This document shows, piece after piece, positions 48,537 through 56,424 of a stretch of DNA of 64,000 bases. Under the pieces are notes generated by a model, which searched no databases, was not told the origin of the DNA, and saw only the letters and a list, made by a program, of their open reading frames with translations. Each line of letters begins with the position of its first letter. Position 1 is the stretch's first letter. The position numbers and the translations under genes are program-made. The stretch covers positions 9,262-73,261 of the forward strand of contig CAZXFD010000004.1 of NCBI GenBank assembly GCA_964640635.1, written 5' to 3'. Source of the DNA: an uncultured Gammaproteobacteria bacterium (GTDB lineage: Bacteria; Patescibacteriota; Patescibacteriia; UBA1558; S5-K13).

Positions 48537-48574
48537 AGGGTTTGCTATATATAATAAGGCAAACCCTCTTTTTA
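48537..48574 (+). terminator. Rho-independent terminator of the small basic-protein unit.
   Basis: agggtttgc tatatataataag gcaaaccct followed by cttttta ttt. Confidence 0.7.
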
Positions 48575-48731
48575 TTTATACTAATTTATAATACTAATAT
48601 ACTAATTATGCTAATTATATTAATCTCTCTTTATTTATAATTTACTATTTGATTATTTTCAAATGATTTTTTATTTTGATATTTTAAGTTCTATTAATCA
48701 ATTATTCTATTATCCTATTATACTATTAATA

Positions 48732-50435
48732 TCATCCGTGTTTTATAGAGCATTTTGACTTGTCACTATATGTTGTATGAAGAAGTTTGTGAGAGAGTTT
48801 GTTAGATGGAGAGCCAAGAAATTCTTTATATAATTTTTGTATTTGCGGATTATTATGTGATTGTCTAAATTTTAGAGATTTTTCGTGTTTATATATAGCA
48901 GAGATTCTTTTTTTGATTGTCTCACTTGTAGTTGTTTTTGGTTGTCCTCCTCCACCAATGCATCCAGATGGACATGCCATTATTTCAATAAAATCGTATT
49001 TATTTTTATTTATTTTGAGTTCCTCTAATACTGTTCGAGCATTTTTTAGGGTATGGATTATTCCTAGATGTAGAACTGTATTTCCTATTTTTACTTTTGT
49101 TGATTTTATGCCACTACTACCTCTAGCCTCAACAAATTCTATGTTTTTTAGCTCCTTGTTTGTAAGCAAGAAGTGCGCAGTTCTAATAGCAGACTCCATT
49201 ACTCCTCCACTTGCAGCAAATATAGCACCAGCACCAGTTGATTCTCCTAGTGGATTGTCGAATTTTTCGTCTTTTAGGTTTGCAAAATCAATTTTAAAAT
49301 TTGTAATTAATTTTGCACACTCTCTTATTGTTAAGACATAGTCAACATCTTTATTGTTGTTTACCCCCATTTCTTTTCTACAGGACTCATATTTTTTTGC
49401 AGTGCAGGGCATAATGCTTACGACAACTATATTTTTTGGGTCAATTCCCTTTGTTTTGGTAAAGTAACTTTTTATAATAGCTCCAAGCATTTGATGTGGA
49501 GATTTGCAAGTGGAAACGTTTTTTAGAAATTCTGGATAAAATGTTTCTACAAAATTTACCCAACCAGGACAACACGATGTAATAAGTGGAAGATTCTTTT
49601 TCCTCTTTAATCTCTCAACAAGCTCTGTTGCTTCTTCCATTATTGTAAGATCTGCACCAAAATCAGTATCAAAAACTTTTTTAAAACCAATTTTACGAAG
49701 TGCTCCCACCATTTTTCCTGTCACAATAGTTCCCGCTGGAAGACCAAATTCTTCGCCAAGAGAAACTCTTACGCTAGGCGCTGTTTGAACAACGACGTAT
49801 TTTGACTTATCTTTTAATATTTTTTTTATATCTTCTATGTTTTCTTTTTCTCTTATTGCATTTGTTGGGCAGACGAGTGTACATTGTCCACAACCCACAC
49901 AATCTGTGTATGCTAGTTTTTTATCTAATGCTTTTCCTACCCTTGTTGCATTTGCACGTTTGCTATAACTGATTGCATTTACTGTTTGAAGATTTCGACA
50001 TTTTTGTATACACCTTCCGCATTGTATACATTTTTCAAAATCCATTACTATATCATGACAAGAATTGTCTATTTCTTCACTTTTTCTTGGTTTGAATTTG
50101 AGTTCTTTGACATCTGGTAAGTCCTCTAATTTTAGCCATTTTTTGAATTCCTCTTCTTTTTCAAAATTACATCCAATAAGCTGAATTATAGATTTTCTGT
50201 ATTCCAAAATTTCTTTTGATGTTGTTACTATATTCATGCCATCTTTTATCTTATTGTTGCAACTTGTTGTGAATTTTCCATTGGCTAAAACAGCGCAAAT
50301 CCCACATCTTCCTTCTGGTATAAGATCTGGATGATAACAAAGGGTTGGAATTTTTATTCCGGATAATTTACAAGCCTCAAGAATTGTGAGCTCTTCTTTG
50401 ATATTGTATGTTTTGTTGTCTATAGTTATTTTCAT
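48732..50435 (-). CDS. [FeFe]-hydrogenase catalytic subunit HydA (N-terminal 2Fe-2S ferredoxin, 4Fe-4S clusters, H-cluster domain).
   Basis: H-cluster motif L1 is TSCCPGWV, L2 is MPCTAKKYE and L3 is EIMACPSGCIGGGGQP. The N-terminus has CYHPDL..EGRCGICAV (2Fe-2S) plus CIQCGRCIQKC and CVGCGQCTLVCP. Confidence 0.85.
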   Translation of the reverse strand: MKITIDNKTYNIKEELTILEACKLSGIKIPTLCYHPDLIPEGRCGICAVLANGKFTTSCNNKIKDGMNIVTTSKEILEYRKSIIQLIGCNFEKEEEFKKWLKLEDLPDVKELKFKPRKSEEIDNSCHDIVMDFEKCIQCGRCIQKCRNLQTVNAISYSKRANATRVGKALDKKLAYTDCVGCGQCTLVCPTNAIREKENIEDIKKILKDKSKYVVVQTAPSVRVSLGEEFGLPAGTIVTGKMVGALRKIGFKKVFDTDFGADLTIMEEATELVERLKRKKNLPLITSCCPGWVNFVETFYPEFLKNVSTCKSPHQMLGAIIKSYFTKTKGIDPKNIVVVSIMPCTAKKYESCRKEMGVNNNKDVDYVLTIRECAKLITNFKIDFANLKDEKFDNPLGESTGAGAIFAASGGVMESAIRTAHFLLTNKELKNIEFVEARGSSGIKSTKVKIGNTVLHLGIIHTLKNARTVLEELKINKNKYDFIEIMACPSGCIGGGGQPKTTTSETIKKRISAIYKHEKSLKFRQSHNNPQIQKLYKEFLGSPSNKLSHKLLHTTYSDKSKCSIKHG

Positions 50436-50454
50436 GGGTTGGTGATTAGCGAGA

Positions 50455-51531
50455 TTAGGAAACTAGGTTATTAAATTCATTTTTAAAATATTTAAGCGCT
50501 GTTTGAAGGTGTAGTGTTGATGATTCACCTAGCGCACATTGTGAGCCATATGGAATGTGTAATGACAAATTTTTTATTATTTCAAACTCTTCTTTTTTCC
50601 ACTTTCTTTTTAAAATTACTTGAAATAATTGTAGTAATCTAAAATTTCCCTCTCGACATGGGATACATTTTCCACAATTTTCTTCATTGAAAAATTGTAT
50701 AATAGACCTACATATATCTGGAATGCTTTTTGATTTGTCTACTACTATTATTCCTGTTTCAAAAAATCCACCCATTTTACTTATATTTTCATAAGAAAGA
50801 GAAATATTTTTGTCTGTTTTAATACATCCACCAGATGCGCCAAAAAATATTGCTTTTGAATTATATGATTCCACAAGAGACAAAAGTTCAAATAATTTTA
50901 TTCCTTCTTTTAATTCATAAACCCCAGGTTTTTTTACATCTCCAGATATTGAAAATAGTAATAAATCTTTATCAAAATTATTAGAAAATATTAGAGGAAT
51001 CCTTGCTATTGTTTCTAGATTATTTACAACTGTCTTTTTTCCGAATAGCCCAAATTCAGATGGATATGGGGGTTTTTTTCTTGACTCGGGACGAATTCCT
51101 TCTAAGCTATTTAAAATTGCCGTTTCTTCTCCACAAATATAGCTTCCAGCACCTACTATGACAGAAATATTTAATTTTGTTTTTTTGATAATCTTTTCAA
51201 GAGACTCTTTGTATTCTTTATATTCTTCTCGAAGATAAATATATGTAATTTTTGCGCTAGTTGCACGCATTGCGATAGCGATTCCTTCGATAATAAGTTC
51301 TGGATTTTTTTCTAATATAAATTTGTCTTTGAATCTTCCTGGTTCGCTTTCATCGCTATTTATTATTAGGTATTGTGCGGGATATGAAAGTTCCCATTTT
51401 TTTCCAGTTGAAAAATTTGCACCTCCCCTACCTTTAAGACCAGAGTCAATAACTTTTTTTATTATATCTTTTGGTTTTAAATTTTGTGCTATTTTCCAGG
51501 AATTGAAATTGTTTTTTGTAAGTATTTGCAT
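50455..51531 (-). CDS. NuoF-like flavoprotein subunit of the hydrogenase (HydB/HndC-like; NADH-binding, FMN, 4Fe-4S).
   Basis: GLKGRGGANFSTGKKW, SDESEPG, YICGEETAILNSLEG and CGKCIPCREG are present. The protein is shorter than canonical HydB and lacks extra ferredoxin domains. Confidence 0.75.
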   Translation of the reverse strand: MQILTKNNFNSWKIAQNLKPKDIIKKVIDSGLKGRGGANFSTGKKWELSYPAQYLIINSDESEPGRFKDKFILEKNPELIIEGIAIAMRATSAKITYIYLREEYKEYKESLEKIIKKTKLNISVIVGAGSYICGEETAILNSLEGIRPESRKKPPYPSEFGLFGKKTVVNNLETIARIPLIFSNNFDKDLLLFSISGDVKKPGVYELKEGIKLFELLSLVESYNSKAIFFGASGGCIKTDKNISLSYENISKMGGFFETGIIVVDKSKSIPDICRSIIQFFNEENCGKCIPCREGNFRLLQLFQVILKRKWKKEEFEIIKNLSLHIPYGSQCALGESSTLHLQTALKYFKNEFNNLVS

Positions 51532-51944
51532 TATATTAAGCCTTCTATTTTTAATATATATTTTATTTTTTCCTCTGTAATATTTGTATAAACAGATTGG
51601 TTGATGCTCATAATAGGGCCTTTGTCACACATTCCAATACACTGACACGTTTCAAGTGAGACAAGACTGTTTGATTCCCCTATTTTTATATTCAATAGAT
51701 TGGAAATAAGATTAAGTAATTTTTCATTTTTTTTGGAGTGACATGTAGGGCTTTGACAGAGTTTGATAATTTTTTTTGAAGGTTTTTCTAAATTAAAATT
51801 TGCATAAAAAGAAACAGTGTCATAAATTTCTGCTGGGGATTTTTGAAATTCTTTTGCAAGCATATTTATGTCAGATTCTTTTATGTAAGAGGTTCTGTTT
51901 TGAATTTCTAGTAGTCTCTCTAGTAGTAATTTTTTATTTTCCAT
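51531..51944 (-). CDS. NuoE-like thioredoxin-fold [2Fe-2S] subunit of the hydrogenase (HydC/HndA-like).
   Basis: The Cys pattern is CQSPTCHS...CQCIGMCDKGP. The start overlaps the hydB stop. Confidence 0.7.
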   Translation of the reverse strand: MENKKLLLERLLEIQNRTSYIKESDINMLAKEFQKSPAEIYDTVSFYANFNLEKPSKKIIKLCQSPTCHSKKNEKLLNLISNLLNIKIGESNSLVSLETCQCIGMCDKGPIMSINQSVYTNITEEKIKYILKIEGLI

Positions 51945-52028
51945 TTTTATAATAAGTAATTGAATATATAATAATATATTATAACATTTTTTGTATTATT
52001 TGTTTAGCTTTTATTTAAAAAAAATAAA

Positions 52029-52051
52029 AAGAGCAGATAATTTGTCTGCTC
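52029..52051 (-). terminator. Rho-independent terminator for the 106-aa gene, upstream of the hydrogenase operon.
   Basis: An 8-bp stem agagcaga/tctgctct; a T-run follows on the minus strand. Confidence 0.55.
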
Positions 52052-52066
52052 TCTTGTAAGTCCTTT

Positions 52067-52387
52067 TTAACAGTGTCCTATAAAGCACATTTTGTATGCT
52101 TTTGGAGTACTTATTTTGATTGTTTTTCCCATTACAATAGATGGATCATCGTAATTCTCAATAAATGCAGAGATATTATTTCCAAGATCTTGATCTAGCA
52201 ATGTGTTAGAGTCAATTTTTACAGATATGGCAAGTCCTAGTCTTTGAATAGAAATCTTCTCGGGTAGAATCTGTAAGGTTGTTGTTAGATGTTCTTTGAG
52301 TTTTTGAACTAACATTTTAAAAAATTCATTTTCGTCATCTTGATTGGGTATGCATTTTGTTGGGAAGTTGATTTTTATATCTGCCAT
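52067..52387 (-). CDS. Hypothetical 106-aa protein ending in CFIGHC.
   Basis: It has good coding signal and its own terminator, and sits next to the hydrogenase operon. No motif was recognised. Confidence 0.4.
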   Translation of the reverse strand: MADIKINFPTKCIPNQDDENEFFKMLVQKLKEHLTTTLQILPEKISIQRLGLAISVKIDSNTLLDQDLGNNISAFIENYDDPSIVMGKTIKISTPKAYKMCFIGHC

Positions 52388-52439
52388 GTATTCCTCCTAA
52401 GGAACTCTATGTTCTAAAGATTAATAGTTTTTCATTATT

Positions 52440-52484
52440 TGTCAAGTTTATAGTGTTGACATATATAAAATAATATAGTATCAT
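52440..52484 (+). promoter_or_regulatory. Sigma70-type promoter (-35 TTGACA, 17-bp spacer, -10 TATCAT) overlapped by the palindrome TGTCAA-N10-TTGACA.
   Basis: TTGACA is at 52456-52461 and TATCAT at 52479-52484. The inverted-repeat half tgtcaa is at 52440-52445. Confidence 0.55.
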
Positions 52485-52531
52485 TAATTATTCATTTGTG
52501 TGATTAAATTTAAAAAAAATAGGGAGGAATC

Positions 52532-52780
52532 ATGATTATATTAGAAAGAGTGGCTAGCGGATTTAGGTATGTTTTTGTATTAATTAGTATGTGTATGACA
52601 AAACATATGCGGGCCTTAGTTGTTTTGGGGTTGATTATGTTACAAGGGAGTTTTTTAATAGTTGTTGGCAAAAAATCAGCTAAACGTGAAGCTTGTGAAA
52701 ATAATCATAGCAGGACAAGGATTAGGAGTGATTATAAGAATAGGCATCGTTATAATCCTGGTTGGCACTACTTTTTTTAA
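52532..52780 (+). CDS. 82-aa small membrane protein (two TM helices) with an Arg/His-rich tail.
   Basis: The SD AGGGAGG is 6 nt upstream. The hydrophobic helices are YVFVLISMCM and ALVVLGLIMLQGSFLIVVG. The promoter above drives it. Confidence 0.45.
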   Translation: MIILERVASGFRYVFVLISMCMTKHMRALVVLGLIMLQGSFLIVVGKKSAKREACENNHSRTRIRSDYKNRHRYNPGWHYFF

Positions 52781-52900
52781 TTCATTGTGGATACGGTTTG
52801 TCGCTTTGATAGGGGATATGTTATTTTTCTCGTAGATAACACATTTGTGTTTTCTGAAATTATTTTTAGAAAAAATTTGAACTTAAACAGGGAGGAATAA

Positions 52901-53038
52901 ATGAGTGAGCTCACGGAAGCAATTGAAAAATTGGCAAAGATTATAGTTAATGATCCAACAATTGCAGAAGATGATCTTAACCAGATTTTGATTGATCTTG
53001 TAAAAAAAGTAAGAGAGATCAAGCAATCCCAATCGTAA
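52901..53038 (+). CDS. 45-aa acidic helical peptide (MSELTEAIEKLAKIIVNDPTIAEDDLNQILIDLVKKVREIKQSQS). It is absent from the ORF track because it is shorter than 60 aa.
   Basis: An identical AGGGAGGAAT SD sits upstream. A hairpin gatcacaagagtgatc follows at the stop, then the terminator at 53065-53102. Confidence 0.45.
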   Translation: MSELTEAIEKLAKIIVNDPTIAEDDLNQILIDLVKKVREIKQSQS

Positions 53039-53064
53039 GATCACAAGAGTGATCGAGTTATGTA

Positions 53065-53102
53065 GTGGTGATACGCATTGAGTATTGCCACTTTTTATTT
53101 TT
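53065..53102 (+). terminator. Rho-independent terminator of the small-ORF unit.
   Basis: gtggtgatac gcattga gtattgccac (10 bp including 2 G-U pairs) followed by tttttattttt. Confidence 0.6.
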
Positions 53103-53124
53103 ATAAAAGAACATCCATTTAATT

Positions 53125-53234
53125 CTCGTCGACACTCGGATTAGTTTAGGCACCGCCTCGCGGTCTCGCTTGTTAGCTCGACATCGCTCTGGCGTTCTCA
53201 TCTCGACGCAACGCAAGCAGTTGCGTTGCTCCCT
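53125..53234. ncRNA. GC-rich (roughly 55-60%) structured island, a candidate small RNA of unknown class.
   Basis: Stable hairpins gcaacgcaa-gcag-ttgcgttgc (53208-53229) and accgc-ctc-gcggt (53152-53164), plus three CTCGAC repeats, in an otherwise under-30% GC context. It lies between a terminator and tRNA-Ser. Confidence 0.3.
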
Positions 53235-53300
53235 AATATATATTTTATATAATTTTCATAGCAAATAAAAAATATCCATTTTTAGTAGATATTCTTAGTG

Positions 53301-53390
53301 TGGCGGAGAGGGCGAGATTCGAACTCGCGAACCACTTGCATGGTTAACAGTTTTCAAGACTGTCGCATTCAACCACTCTGCCACCTCTCC
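53301..53390 (-). tRNA. tRNA-Ser (anticodon TGA), 90 nt, long variable arm, CCA encoded.
   Basis: Acceptor GGAGAGG/CCTCTCC, discriminator G, anticodon stem ACAGT/ACTGT with loop CTTGAAA, T-loop GTTCGAATC. Confidence 0.85.
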
Positions 53391-53514
53391 GTATTATGTG
53401 GAATAATAGGAAAATATTATCATATTTTTTTGAATGTGTCTATATTTGTATTATTTTATAATAATAAAATTTTTTGATCTTGTAATTAAGACATAAAGAC
53501 AAATATTTCCATGA

Positions 53515-54141
53515 TTATATTATTTTAAACTTTTTCTTTTTCTTTTTGTGTAAAATCAGAACAATTATTGCAATAAAAATAATTATTGACCCAATGGAAA
53601 ATTCCTTGTAATAGGTTTTAAACATTTCTTGATTTGCACCAAAGAAATATCCTAGTAACGCAAGGATTATATTCCAGATTAGTGATCCAAGAGTTGTATA
53701 TAACATAAAGCTCCAAATATTCATTTTTGCAAGTCCCGCAGGAATTGATATGAGCTGTCTTATTTCAAAAACAAGACGACCAATAAATGTTGCCAATTTG
53801 TCATATTTGAGGAAGTACTCCTCGGATTTTTTTATTTTGTGTTCGTTTATAAGAAGTAATTTTGCGATTTTTGTGTTTGCAAGTTTGTAGATGATTGCAC
53901 GACCTAGAGTAAGGGCGAGAAAATAATTTATTAAAGCCCCTAGTAGACTTCCTATTACACCACATATAACTACGAGATAAATATTTAATACTCCTTGTTG
54001 AGCAAGATAAGCGGCTGGTGGGATTACAAGTTCTGATGGAAACGGAATAAAAGAACTCTCTATCGTCATAAGAGCTATAATGCTAGGATAGTTTAGTTGG
54101 GAGAATATTGATAAGAAAAAATGAGTTATTGAAGTGAGCAT
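53515..54141 (-). CDS. DedA-family membrane protein.
   Basis: FIPFPSELVIPPAAYLAQQG is the DedA/SNARE-associated motif. Confidence 0.75.
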   Translation of the reverse strand: MLTSITHFFLSIFSQLNYPSIIALMTIESSFIPFPSELVIPPAAYLAQQGVLNIYLVVICGVIGSLLGALINYFLALTLGRAIIYKLANTKIAKLLLINEHKIKKSEEYFLKYDKLATFIGRLVFEIRQLISIPAGLAKMNIWSFMLYTTLGSLIWNIILALLGYFFGANQEMFKTYYKEFSIGSIIIFIAIIVLILHKKKKKKFKII

Positions 54142-54185
54142 GGGTTAATTTATTATTTATTATTTTGCAATTTGCAATTGATTTA

Positions 54186-54911
54186 CTATTTAGTAATTTC
54201 AAAATTTTGTCCCTTAATGTCTTTTGCCTCATCAGATGCGAGAAAAAGAATTTTTTGAGCTATTGTTTTGGGCTCTATTAATTTATGATTTGGCATTATT
54301 TTTAATGTTTCTTCTAGTTCCTTTTTTGGGGCTCTTAGCCAATATCCAGATCTTACAGCGCTAGGACAAATTGAGTTTGCTCTGCCAAATGGAGATAAAA
54401 GTTTTGCATAAGCCTGTGTGATATTTACGACCCCTGCTTTTGCAGCAGAATATGAGATTACATCATATTGGCCATTTAATCCAAAACGGGATGAAATATT
54501 TACAATAATTCCACTTTGTTGCTTTTGGAAAAGCTTTATAGCATATTTTGAAACATTCATCATGGAAAATAGATTTAGATCAAATGTTTTTTTCCAAGCT
54601 TTTGAATTTTCGTTCCAATCATCGCTGTCAAAAGATCCTCCAACATTATTAACTAAAATATCTATTTTACCAAATTTTTTAATTGTTAAATCAACAACTT
54701 TTTGACTTTCTTTTTCTTTGGTTAGGTCAGCTTTTATAGCAATAGCATTTTGTCCTAATTTTTGGATTTGTTGTATTGTATCCTCTGCCCCTTTTTTATT
54801 ATCTTTGTAAGTAATTACAACATCAGCATGATTTTGTGCAAACATAATAGCAGTAACTTTTCCAATACCACTTGATCCGCCGGTTATTAGGACTATTTTG
54901 TTTTTAAACAT
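54186..54911 (-). CDS. Short-chain dehydrogenase/reductase (SDR).
   Basis: ITGGSSGIGK (TGxxxGxG), NNVG and the YSAAKAG catalytic Y-x3-K are present. Confidence 0.8.
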   Translation of the reverse strand: MFKNKIVLITGGSSGIGKVTAIMFAQNHADVVITYKDNKKGAEDTIQQIQKLGQNAIAIKADLTKEKESQKVVDLTIKKFGKIDILVNNVGGSFDSDDWNENSKAWKKTFDLNLFSMMNVSKYAIKLFQKQQSGIIVNISSRFGLNGQYDVISYSAAKAGVVNITQAYAKLLSPFGRANSICPSAVRSGYWLRAPKKELEETLKIMPNHKLIEPKTIAQKILFLASDEAKDIKGQNFEITK

Positions 54912-54970
54912 GCTAGTTTATTTATAATTTACTGTTTTGTTATTTTTTAATTATACAATATAAATACATA

Positions 54971-54999
54971 TAGACAAAATGTTAAAAATGATTTATAAT
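54971..54999 (+). promoter_or_regulatory. Sigma70-type promoter for the tRNA-Gln/tRNA-Cys unit (-35 TAGACA, 17-bp spacer, -10 TATAAT).
   Basis: TAGACA is at 54971-54976 and TATAAT at 54994-54999. tRNA-Gln begins about 20 nt downstream. Confidence 0.5.
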
Positions 55000-55019
55000 T
55001 GCTAGGAAATCCCTAGTAT

Positions 55020-55094
55020 TGGGTCGTAGCCAAGTGGTAAGGCAACGGGCTTTGACCCCGTCATGCGTAGGTCCGAATCCTACCGACCCAGCCA
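55020..55094 (+). tRNA. tRNA-Gln (anticodon TTG), U1-A72 pair, discriminator G, CCA encoded.
   Basis: Acceptor TGGGTCG/CGACCCA, anticodon stem ACGGG/CCCGT with loop CTTTGAC, T-arm GTAGG TCCGAAT CCTAC. Confidence 0.85.
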
Positions 55095-55181
55095 TTCGAT
55101 TCTCCCTCGTTAACTCGGGGTCACTCATGGTCTTTGACCGAGCTTATTAAATATTTTAGAATAAACGCTTGGTTAAGTTAT

Positions 55182-55256
55182 GGTCACGTAGCCAAGTGGT
55201 AAGGCAGGAGTCTGCAAAACTCTTATGCGTCGGTTCAATTCCGACCGTGACCTCCA
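55182..55256 (+). tRNA. tRNA-Cys (anticodon GCA), discriminator U, CCA encoded.
   Basis: Acceptor GGTCACG/CGTGACC, anticodon stem GGAGT/ACTCT with loop CTGCAAA, T-arm GTCGG TTCAATT CCGAC. A terminator acacac-agagc-gtgtgt-T6 follows at 55258-55279. Confidence 0.85.
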
Positions 55257-55307
55257 AACACACAGAGCGTGTGTTTTTTGCTTTTTAAATAAAAAAGCAG
55301 ACTATTT

Positions 55308-56252
55308 CTAATCTGCTGAATATATTTTTTGAAAACTGGGAATGAGGAAAAACTCCTCTATAAAACCAATGTGTTCCAACTCCACTTTAAAAGTGAAAAG
55401 AGAAATTGTATGCTCGCTTAAACTTTCACTTAATTCGCAGATTACTACGTTTTCTTCTTTTTCATAATAAGAATTAAACAATAGTAATGCCTGTAAAAAT
55501 TGATAGTGAAAGTGTGTATTTTTCACCTGCATAAAAAAAGAAACTCCGCATTCTGCCGTAAACAACATTTGATTGCTATTTGCAATTTCAATACTCATTT
55601 CTTTGTAAGTCATTTTCTTGAAATTTGTATCATTGAATTTTTCTGAGCCTTTGATTTTGACATGATAAATCCAAAATGGTTTCTTCGGAGTTACTATTTT
55701 ATTGCAAATCATTTCTGGATTTTTACAATATTTAGATATGACCGTTTTGCCATAATGTTTTACATAAAATGCATCACTTTCTTCGGGATCATCCCCCTTG
55801 TAATAATCCTTATTATAGACGTCAAATGACTCACGGAATTGTTTTGCAAAGTATGATGTCTTTTTTATCGTGAATGTGGATTTGTTGCGCTCAGTCAATA
55901 TCTCCATCAACATTTCCATTTGAAGCTCTGCATTTATCATTTCTTTTGGAATGACGGGAAATAAAAGTCTTGCAAGTACTTTTTTTTCTATAGATGTATC
56001 AACAAGATCGTTGATTGCGATTTCCGAACTTTCTTTCAAAGAGTTCATTATTGATGTTTTTAAATCCTCGGATATCTTGTCTTTATTGATTAAAAACATC
56101 AATCCCCTTTCAACTTTTTTGAGCCTACCATCTACATATTCTTCCAGATATTCCCTGTCTAAATAAATGATAGTATTTTCGACTTCTAATGGCTTATTGG
56201 GCTTCTTTTTTAGCCCTAATAATCCGAAAATGTTGTTTATCAGTGCTTTCAT
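55308..56252 (-). CDS. Hypothetical protein (314 aa).
   Basis: It has coding periodicity and its own terminator (agcaga/tctgct hairpin at 55296-55317). No motif was recognised. Confidence 0.4.
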   Translation of the reverse strand: MKALINNIFGLLGLKKKPNKPLEVENTIIYLDREYLEEYVDGRLKKVERGLMFLINKDKISEDLKTSIMNSLKESSEIAINDLVDTSIEKKVLARLLFPVIPKEMINAELQMEMLMEILTERNKSTFTIKKTSYFAKQFRESFDVYNKDYYKGDDPEESDAFYVKHYGKTVISKYCKNPEMICNKIVTPKKPFWIYHVKIKGSEKFNDTNFKKMTYKEMSIEIANSNQMLFTAECGVSFFMQVKNTHFHYQFLQALLLFNSYYEKEENVVICELSESLSEHTISLFTFKVELEHIGFIEEFFLIPSFQKIYSAD

Positions 56253-56424
56253 TATTCCTCCAGTATTTTAATGATATATAGTATCATATTATATATGAGA
56301 TGTCAATTAAGTTGTGTAGATGATATTATGCTAAATACTAAATACAAAGTACGAATCTTCTTTTTTTGCTTTTTTTGTTTTATTTAGCTATTATTTATAT
56401 ATAATAAGTTTATTTTAAAATTTT

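Noticed and set aside
52777-53022. 81-aa minus-strand ORF antisense to the 45-aa acidic peptide gene.
   Set aside because: It has no SD. It is antisense to an ORF with a consensus SD and terminator, and it runs through the plus-strand terminator hairpin.
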